Shown here piece after piece: positions 57,719 to 64,000 of a DNA stretch of 64,000 bases. Source of the stretch: Candidatus Nomurabacteria bacterium (GTDB taxonomy: Bacteria > Patescibacteriota > Minisyncoccia > Phycocordibacterales > UBA2100); NCBI GenBank assembly GCA_943356775.1, contig CALRFU010000005.1:11671-75670 (forward strand), written 5' to 3'. Both the position numbers and the translations under genes were made by a program. Every line of letters starts with the position of its first letter. The stretch's first letter is position 1. The notes below the pieces were generated by a model that worked only from the letters and a program-made list of their open reading frames with translations, was not told the origin of the DNA and did no database searches.

Positions 57719-59077
57719 CTACTTACCTTCGAGAATATCAATATCCGCTTGATACTCGTCGGCGTATCCCATGACGCCGTTGCCGTAGAACGCGTACGCC
57801 GGCCTCGAAGCGTTGCCCCACCCGGCAAAGTAGCGGAGTGCGGCAAGCCGCTCCGACGCGCGCGTTCTTCCGTCCGCGCCGTTGTCGGCCATGAGGAGTG
57901 CGGTCGCGAATATCGCGGTGCGCGCACTCCACGGATTGGGCGGATTTTGTCCGGTGGTATCCGCAAGCCTGTCCTTGTAAAGCATCCAGGTGGACGGAAT
58001 AAATTGTGCGGGTCCCATAGCCCCTCCATAGCCGCTTGACTGTGGACACGATACGACTTGTGCGAACGGGTCGAGACCGAGCTCGGCGGTGACTGCCATA
58101 AAGGGATCGACATCACGCGAGCCTTTCATAACCTGATTAAAAGCCCGTCCAGTATTCTTTCCTTTGCCGTCGCCCTTGTTGGGAGAATTGGTGAGCAAAC
58201 ACAGTCCCACATTCTCACCCAGGTTTGTCTCCTGCCGGAGAACTCCCAGAATGAGAGCGGGGCGGACTCCCGTTTGCTCCGATGCCTCTTTGGCATATTG
58301 GTACGCGGTACCGAACGGAATGGCGCCAGCGTCCCGCAGGCCGAAGAGCGCCGCGCGGATTGCACCCGCCTGTTTTTTCTTTTCCGTTATCAGTTGCTGA
58401 TAGGTCTTTTCCTGACCCTTCGTTGCGGAGAGAATAGATTGCTTTTTCTTCTCGTCTTCAAGCACCGCCTGCTTCGCCAAGACCTGCACCTGTCTCACCT
58501 TCTTCGCCTCGTCCTCTTTGTCTTCGAGTGCCGCCTTATGGCCCGAAAGATCCTGGCGCAAAGCCGCCATTTCGATGAAAGACTCCCCGAGCGCTTTTTG
58601 TATCGACTGGAAGTCGTCTATATCCTGAAAGAATTCTTCGAGGCTCTCGCCGAGCGCGAGTTGCGTGAGGGAAACGTCGTCGATTTCACGGGTACGCCGC
58701 AGGAGCTGCGCGAGTGATTCCTCGCTGCGGGCGACTTTTGCGTCGATTTGTACGATTGCCTTCAGCTTTTCGGTGATATTCCCCTTGATCTGGGAGAGCG
58801 CAAGATCACTCTGTTTTATATTGAGCTGCGCAATGCGTATCTTATTGTCGAGTATTTTAATATCGCGCTCGAGCGTAGTGCGCTCCGCCTGCAAAGTGCT
58901 CAAGGTGCCCTGATTGTTGGCAATATCTTTTTCTATCTGGTCAAGCTGCGCTTGAAGAGCGGCACGCTCTTCGACACTTGTCGCGGCTCCCACGCCGTGA
59001 GGCATGAGCATAAGCCCCGCGCATACGAGCACAACAAAAAAACTAATCCGCATGGGACCGGGACGCATAATCTGCAA
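57719..59077 (-). CDS. Secreted coiled-coil plus lytic murein transglycosylase
   Basis: Signal peptide, long coiled coil, [21 protein letters not shown]. Confidence 0.85.
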   Translation of the reverse strand: MQIMRPGPMRISFFVVLVCAGLMLMPHGVGAATSVEERAALQAQLDQIEKDIANNQGTLSTLQAERTTLERDIKILDNKIRIAQLNIKQSDLALSQIKGNITEKLKAIVQIDAKVARSEESLAQLLRRTREIDDVSLTQLALGESLEEFFQDIDDFQSIQKALGESFIEMAALRQDLSGHKAALEDKEDEAKKVRQVQVLAKQAVLEDEKKKQSILSATKGQEKTYQQLITEKKKQAGAIRAALFGLRDAGAIPFGTAYQYAKEASEQTGVRPALILGVLRQETNLGENVGLCLLTNSPNKGDGKGKNTGRAFNQVMKGSRDVDPFMAVTAELGLDPFAQVVSCPQSSGYGGAMGPAQFIPSTWMLYKDRLADTTGQNPPNPWSARTAIFATALLMADNGADGRTRASERLAALRYFAGWGNASRPAYAFYGNGVMGYADEYQADIDILEGK

Positions 59078-59091
59078 GTATAGCAGACGGT

Positions 59092-59742
59092 CTATTCCTT
59101 CTTTTCCCCTTTTGTGGATGCGGCTTCATCTCCACCCGCTTCCGCTACTTTTTCGGTCGTAATGATGGTCTCAGGAGCCGGAGTTATTTCCTCAGACTCT
59201 TCCTTAAATTCAGTAACGGATGCAACTATTTCTTCGGCATCCGTGACAAGTGTCGCGCTCGGAGGAAGTACGATTTGATCGGCCGTAATGTGATCACCGA
59301 CATTCACGAGCTTGGTGAGGTCGACAGGAAGGTGGTGAGGAAGCTCGGCAGCTGCAACTTCAATCTCAACCTCGTGGAGAGCTTTCACAATGATGTGTCC
59401 GGATTTTTCCGCCGGAGCAGTTCCCTCGAATTCGAGCGGTACGCTTATATTGATTTTCTTGCCTTTCTCGAGAACATAGAAATCCGCGTGCAAAAGTTGA
59501 CCGTTTACCGGATGGAATTGCGTATCATGAATGAGTGTATCCTTATCCTCGCCGAGACCTTTCAAGGTGACGATGGTCGTCTCTCCCGCCTCGCGCCACA
59601 CTGAAGCAAGCTTGCGTGCATCAATAGAAATAGCTGTTGCAGCTTCTTTTGGACCGTAAAAAACGGCCGGTACGGCGCCATTCTTGCGCAGCGTATCTGC
59701 GGATTCGTTTTCCACGCGAGCTTTGACTTCAAGCGTTAACAT
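59092..59742 (-). CDS. rplY: 50S ribosomal protein L25/Ctc
   Basis: LR..G.VPAVFYG, Q.HPV...LLH.DFY, VPL.F.G, LP....VD. Confidence 0.95.
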   Translation of the reverse strand: MLTLEVKARVENESADTLRKNGAVPAVFYGPKEAATAISIDARKLASVWREAGETTIVTLKGLGEDKDTLIHDTQFHPVNGQLLHADFYVLEKGKKINISVPLEFEGTAPAEKSGHIIVKALHEVEIEVAAAELPHHLPVDLTKLVNVGDHITADQIVLPPSATLVTDAEEIVASVTEFKEESEEITPAPETIITTEKVAEAGGDEAASTKGEKKE

Positions 59743-59782
59743 GGGCAGCAGTATACCTATTTTCCTTCACCACGCAACTAAA

Positions 59783-59913
59783 AGCACGCCGCCGCAGCTA
59801 CGCCGAGGAACCTCGCGCAGCAAACATAAGAGATGCTGTTACATATAGTAGTGGTGATTCTATCCACTATTCATCGGAGGGAAAGTTCAACGGCGTAGCT
59901 GCGGCGGCGTGCT
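59783..59913. ncRNA. Candidate structured RNA or MITE-like element
   Basis: Perfect 23-bp terminal inverted repeat enclosing two internal hairpins. Confidence 0.45.
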
Positions 59914-59922
59914 AAAATAAGG

Positions 59923-59971
59923 GGCCGCGTTTCAAAGGACGGTACGCGGCATAATTTCGCAAAATCACATG
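59923..59971 (+). promoter_or_regulatory. 49-bp conserved upstream module, copy 2
   Basis: GGCCGCGT-N13-ACGCGGC-ATAATTTCGCAAAATCAC-ATG. Confidence 0.75.
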
Positions 59972-60952
59972 AAATACGATTTCGTCGCCATCGGCGACAT
60001 TACGACAGACGCTTTTATAAAATTGAGGGACGCCGAAGAGCTCATGAATCACGGCACGCGCCAACTGTGCGTGCGCTTCGCGGACAAAGTCCCCTTCGAA
60101 GAAATGATTGAGATTCGCGCAGTGGGCAACGCGGCGAACGCCGCCGTTTCTGCTCAGCGCATCGGGCTTTCTTCGGCACTTATCGCGCGCGTGGGTGATG
60201 ACGAGAACGGCGTACACTGCCGGGAAACGCTCAAAGGCAACGGCGTATCGGATGAATACGTGGAGACGCAAAAAGGGCTTGCTACCAATTATCATTACGT
60301 CCTCATGTTTGGTGCAGAGCGTACGATTCTGGTAAAACAAACGCCCTTTAAATACGCGCTGCCCGCTTTCTCGGAGCCACCCCGCTATATCTATCTCACT
60401 TCACTCGGTGAAAGCGCCAAGGAATTTCATCATGAGGTAGCGAGATATTGTGCCGAGCATCCAGAAACCAAACTCGCCTTCCAGCCCGGGACGTTCCAAA
60501 TAAAGCTCGGCGCAGAAGAGCTCAAGGATGTATATGCGGTGACTGAGATATTCTTCTGCAACAAAGAAGAAGCGCAGACAATACTAAAGACCCAGGAAAC
60601 CGATATCAAAAAGCTTATGGAGGGCTTGCGCGTGCTTGGGCCAAAGACAGTCGTCGTCACCGACGGACCAAACGGCTCGAACATCCTCGATGAAAGCGGA
60701 GCATGGCATGTCCCAATGTATCCAGACCCCGCACCACCAGTTTCGCGCACAGGCGCAGGAGATGCGACCGCATCCACCACCGTTTCGTTCATCCACTTGG
60801 GATTGCCGGCGGGCGAAGCGCTCTTGCGTGGCGTCATCAACGCCGCCTCCGTCGTGCAGGGAATCGGCGCACAGACCAAACTCCTCACCCGCGCGGAGAT
60901 AGAAGAATGGTACGCCAAGCGCCCCGCGGATTTCCGAGCGACACAACTCTAG
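59969..60952 (+). CDS. PfkB-family carbohydrate kinase
   Basis: GNAANAAV, VGDD..G, N.EEA, VVTDG..G, RTGAGDA. Confidence 0.92.
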   Translation: MKYDFVAIGDITTDAFIKLRDAEELMNHGTRQLCVRFADKVPFEEMIEIRAVGNAANAAVSAQRIGLSSALIARVGDDENGVHCRETLKGNGVSDEYVETQKGLATNYHYVLMFGAERTILVKQTPFKYALPAFSEPPRYIYLTSLGESAKEFHHEVARYCAEHPETKLAFQPGTFQIKLGAEELKDVYAVTEIFFCNKEEAQTILKTQETDIKKLMEGLRVLGPKTVVVTDGPNGSNILDESGAWHVPMYPDPAPPVSRTGAGDATASTTVSFIHLGLPAGEALLRGVINAASVVQGIGAQTKLLTRAEIEEWYAKRPADFRATQL

Positions 60953-60957
60953 AAAAG

Positions 60958-61968
60958 TCACTTCCGCACAATCACTTTTTTCACTGCCTCTACGATGTGC
61001 GAGGAGCCCATGCCGTAGTGCTCTATCAATTCCTTGGGTTCGCCTGATTGTCCGAATTGGTCGTGCATGCCGATAAATTCAATCGGCAAAGGGCATTCTT
61101 GTGCGAGCAATTCGGCAATCGCTGAGCCAAAACCGCCCATTATCTGGTGTTCTTCAACGGTGACGACGGCACCCGCCGCACGCGCTTCACGAAGAATCGT
61201 TTCTGTATCGAGCGGTTTTATCGTGTGCACATTGGTGACCGAGACGGCGACGCCTTCTCCTTCGAGCTGCCGCGCAGCGACGAGCGACTGATAGAGAAGG
61301 TGCCCGGTCGCAAAAATAGCTACCTGTGGCGTAACTGACTTGCCCTGAGCATCGTCGAAGGGTTTCCACACGACATTTGCCTTCCCTATCTCAAAGGGCG
61401 TATCAGGCGTTGTCATAATCGGTGTCTTGTCGCGCCCCCACCGCATATAGACGGGCTTCCCGAGCTTCGCGGCAGCGACCGTCGCCTTACGTCCTTCTTC
61501 TGAATCGCATGCAGAAATCACAGTAAAGTGCGGAATGGAACGCATGAGTGCCATGTCTTCAAGTGCCTGATGTGTGGCGCCATCGGGGCCGACGGAAACG
61601 CCCGCGTGCATACCGCAAACGATGACGGGAACGTTGTTGATGCCGATCGTCGTGCGTATCTGCTCCCAATTCCTCCCAGGGTTGAATGCCGCATACGAGG
61701 TGATGAAAGGGATTTTCCCATAGAGTGCCATGCCCGCTGCGACCGTCGCCATGTTTTGCTCGGCGACGCCGCACTGGATGAAGCGCAGAGGAAATGCCTT
61801 TTGAAAATGATGCGCTTGAGTGGATTCAGCAAGGTCAGCTGTGAGCACGACGACGCGCTCGTCGGCCGTGCCCGCTTCGACCGCGCCCTTGCCAAAGCCC
61901 TCGCGTGTGGAGGCCATCGCGGGCTTGTCAAAAATATTCTCTGCGAGTTTTGCGTCTGGGTTCAACAT
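60958..61968 (-). CDS. Transketolase C-terminal subunit
   Basis: GVAEQNM, GPDGATHQ, TVEEH...GG.GSA. Confidence 0.93.
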   Translation of the reverse strand: MLNPDAKLAENIFDKPAMASTREGFGKGAVEAGTADERVVVLTADLAESTQAHHFQKAFPLRFIQCGVAEQNMATVAAGMALYGKIPFITSYAAFNPGRNWEQIRTTIGINNVPVIVCGMHAGVSVGPDGATHQALEDMALMRSIPHFTVISACDSEEGRKATVAAAKLGKPVYMRWGRDKTPIMTTPDTPFEIGKANVVWKPFDDAQGKSVTPQVAIFATGHLLYQSLVAARQLEGEGVAVSVTNVHTIKPLDTETILREARAAGAVVTVEEHQIMGGFGSAIAELLAQECPLPIEFIGMHDQFGQSGEPKELIEHYGMGSSHIVEAVKKVIVRK

Positions 61969-61969
61969 A

Positions 61970-62830
61970 TTATTTAGTACGCAGCTCTTCCAAAAACGCC
62001 TCGGCTTGTTTATCAGCAGGAATTTTATCAGTCGGGCCTTTGCCTGGCGGCGTACCATGCCAGCGATAATCGCCTTCTATTTCGCGAATACCTTTGCCGG
62101 GAATTGTGTGCGCAAGGATCATCGTCGGTTTTTCACGAATGGCCCTTGCCTCGTCGCACGCGGCGATGAATTGGGGGATGTTGTGCCCATCCACTTCGAT
62201 GACATGCCAATTGAACGCCTCATATTTATCACGCAAAGGCTCGAGCGGCATGATGTCTTCGGTATTGCCATCTATCTGGATGTTGTTGCGGTCCATGATG
62301 ACGGTGAGATTGCTCAATCGGTACTTGCCGGCGAACATTATTCCTTCCCAGGTATTTCCCTCTTCATGCTCCCCGTCAGACGTTGCACAGAAAACGCGAA
62401 AGTCTTTCCCATCCATGCGCGCGGCGTACGCGTAGCCAGACGCCTGCGATACTCCTGAGCCGAGCGGCCCTGAGGTGGTTTCCATACCAGGCAACATGTC
62501 GCGTTCGGGGTGCCCTTGGAGTCGACTTTTGAACTTTCGGAGGGTCAAACATTCTTCTACCGGGAAATAGCCCGCATGCGCCATCGCCGCATAACGGACG
62601 GGAACGATATGGCCGTTGGAAAGTATGAGTCTATCGCGCTCGGCCCAATCTGGATTTTTGGGATCGTGTTTTAAGATACGGAAGTAGAGCGCCGCAAAAA
62701 TGTCCGCCATACCTAAAGGACCGGCCGTGTGTCCCGAACCCGCCGCGACGAGCATCTCGATGATGGTCACACGAATATCGTGCGCATGCTCTCCAAGCTC
62801 GCGTATTTGTTCGTCGGTCAACAGCTCCAT
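61970..62830 (-). CDS. Transketolase N-terminal subunit
   Basis: GSGH, RDR.ILSNGH, LQGHP, SDGE.EEG..WE TPP-binding motif. Confidence 0.93.
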   Translation of the reverse strand: MELLTDEQIRELGEHAHDIRVTIIEMLVAAGSGHTAGPLGMADIFAALYFRILKHDPKNPDWAERDRLILSNGHIVPVRYAAMAHAGYFPVEECLTLRKFKSRLQGHPERDMLPGMETTSGPLGSGVSQASGYAYAARMDGKDFRVFCATSDGEHEEGNTWEGIMFAGKYRLSNLTVIMDRNNIQIDGNTEDIMPLEPLRDKYEAFNWHVIEVDGHNIPQFIAACDEARAIREKPTMILAHTIPGKGIREIEGDYRWHGTPPGKGPTDKIPADKQAEAFLEELRTK

Positions 62831-62834
62831 TGCA

Positions 62835-63515
62835 TCATTCTAACGCATTTTCAGCGATGGTTTTTAGATTTTCGTACGCAATTTTGGGATCTGCGGCTTT
62901 TGCGATGGAGGAACCGGCCGCGAACCGAGTAACTCCGGCGCGCGCCAGTTCAGCTATCGTCTTTTCCGACACTCCGATATCAACTTCGAGTTGCAGCGTG
63001 GGATATTTTTTCTTGGTTGCACGTATCCGCTCTATTACACGCGGGTCAAATTGCGCACCTTGCGCCCCTATCCGTGGCGACGACATAAAACAAAGAAAAT
63101 CACAGAGCGGAATAAATGGATCGAGCGTCTCAAGCGGTGTGTCGAATAATACGGCGAATCCCGCTTCACGAGCACCTGCGGCTTTCCAAGAATTGAGCGT
63201 TTCTCGCGCGTCTTCCACGTCACGAAATGTCTCGACGTGTCCGAACACCGCACGCGCGCCCGCGCGCGCGAATGCACGACCTATCTCGCGCGGATCGTGT
63301 ACCATTAAATGAACTTCGACTTCTAATCCGTTCGCTGTACTAAGGTCAACGGTGCCGAATTCCCCCTTTGCCGTATACGGCCAACATACGATTGGCGTAA
63401 GAATTCCGTCATCGGCGTCGATGTGAAAAAGGTTTGAGAATTTTCGAACGAAAGCGGCTCGTTCTGCCAGCTCCTCAATATCTGCAGGTACCGCAGTCGG
63501 GAATATCTCAATCAT
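62835..63515 (-). CDS. rpe: Ribulose-phosphate 3-epimerase
   Basis: HID..DG, EVHLMV, G.QG..F, VD.GV, GS.I; located in the tkt operon. Confidence 0.88.
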   Translation of the reverse strand: MIEIFPTAVPADIEELAERAAFVRKFSNLFHIDADDGILTPIVCWPYTAKGEFGTVDLSTANGLEVEVHLMVHDPREIGRAFARAGARAVFGHVETFRDVEDARETLNSWKAAGAREAGFAVLFDTPLETLDPFIPLCDFLCFMSSPRIGAQGAQFDPRVIERIRATKKKYPTLQLEVDIGVSEKTIAELARAGVTRFAAGSSIAKAADPKIAYENLKTIAENALE

Positions 63516-63525
63516 GCGCTACGCA

Positions 63526-63996
63526 TTACGGACAAACGTATGTATTAGCGGCAAGTACAGATGTCGTAATCTCGGTCTTGCCGTCGCTGTCGACACAATA
63601 CGAAGAGGTATTGGTGGTCTTGAGAGGGACTTCGATAGCATACGCATCGGCGGAATCATGACAGACGGCCGTCGTATCGTGTACCGATGCCGTGGAATCT
63701 GTGAAGCTGAGTATCGTTGCTCCGCCGGAATTCTTTGCTCCCGTAACCTGAAGAACTATATTTGCGTCCTCGCAGACTCCTTCATAACTATTCGGCACTG
63801 CATTGTCATACACGATTTCGGCCTGAGATTGCAAACTCTTAAGCTGCGACTTTATTGCCGCATCAGCTCCTTTGTTGCGAGCGTTGTTCAATGACGCGAG
63901 AATGACTGAAGAAAGAAGTCCGATGATTGCGATGACGACAAGCAACTCAATAAGAGTGAAACCTTTGCTGCTCCGCACCTTCATCTGTTTGTTCAT
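63526..63996 (-). CDS. Type IV pilin-like protein
   Basis: KGFTLIELLVVIAIIGLL prepilin cleavage/methylation motif; YCVDS.G. Confidence 0.93.
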   Translation of the reverse strand: MNKQMKVRSSKGFTLIELLVVIAIIGLLSSVILASLNNARNKGADAAIKSQLKSLQSQAEIVYDNAVPNSYEGVCEDANIVLQVTGAKNSGGATILSFTDSTASVHDTTAVCHDSADAYAIEVPLKTTNTSSYCVDSDGKTEITTSVLAANTYVCP

Positions 63997-64000
63997 ATAT

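Noticed and set aside
57607-58116. Apparent 170-aa N-terminal extension of L31 in the ORF track
   Set aside because: It overlaps the transglycosylase in another frame; L31 homology starts at MKKDIHP (57606)
1-64000. Alternative genetic code (UGA=Gly) as in Gracilibacteria/Absconditabacteria
   Set aside because: Conserved genes are full length in code 11 and several end at TGA (dnaE, rnc, pheS, pheT)

Overview
64 kb of a Patescibacteria/CPR (Parcubacteria-like) chromosome using genetic code 11. The taxonomic call is inferred from the streamlined PheRS, ThrRS and SMC, the NusB-NUDIX fusion, split transketolase, type IV pilin and mostly leaderless core genes. Core genes include rpoD, dnaG, rpoBC, trmD-khpA-rpsP-smc, rnc-nusB-rpmF-rnhB, dnaE, thrS (with a T-box leader), gyrB, pheST, tRNA-Thr(UGU), tsf-rpsB, prfA-rpmE, rplY and tkt-rpe. 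Accessory content includes two carbonic-anhydrase-like genes, a RAYT transposase with REP-like palindromes, a three-gene orphan block, a RelBE-type TA pair and a sortase/surface-protein region. The most striking signal is a set of six 38-bp palindromes. Two pairs bracket two wHTH-Cas2/PaaX-like genes with near-identical geometry: each touches the ATG on one side and sits 5 nt past the stop on the other. Two solo copies lie just downstream of rpoD and thrS. Together they suggest a possibly undescribed palindrome-bounded cassette or operator system. Other highlights are a 24-bp repeat inserted in frame in four proteins, a 49-bp promoter/operator module shared by thrS and a PfkB kinase, a compact T-box, several structured-RNA candidates and a frameshifted L,D-transpeptidase. 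No database searches were run; family calls come from motif recognition.
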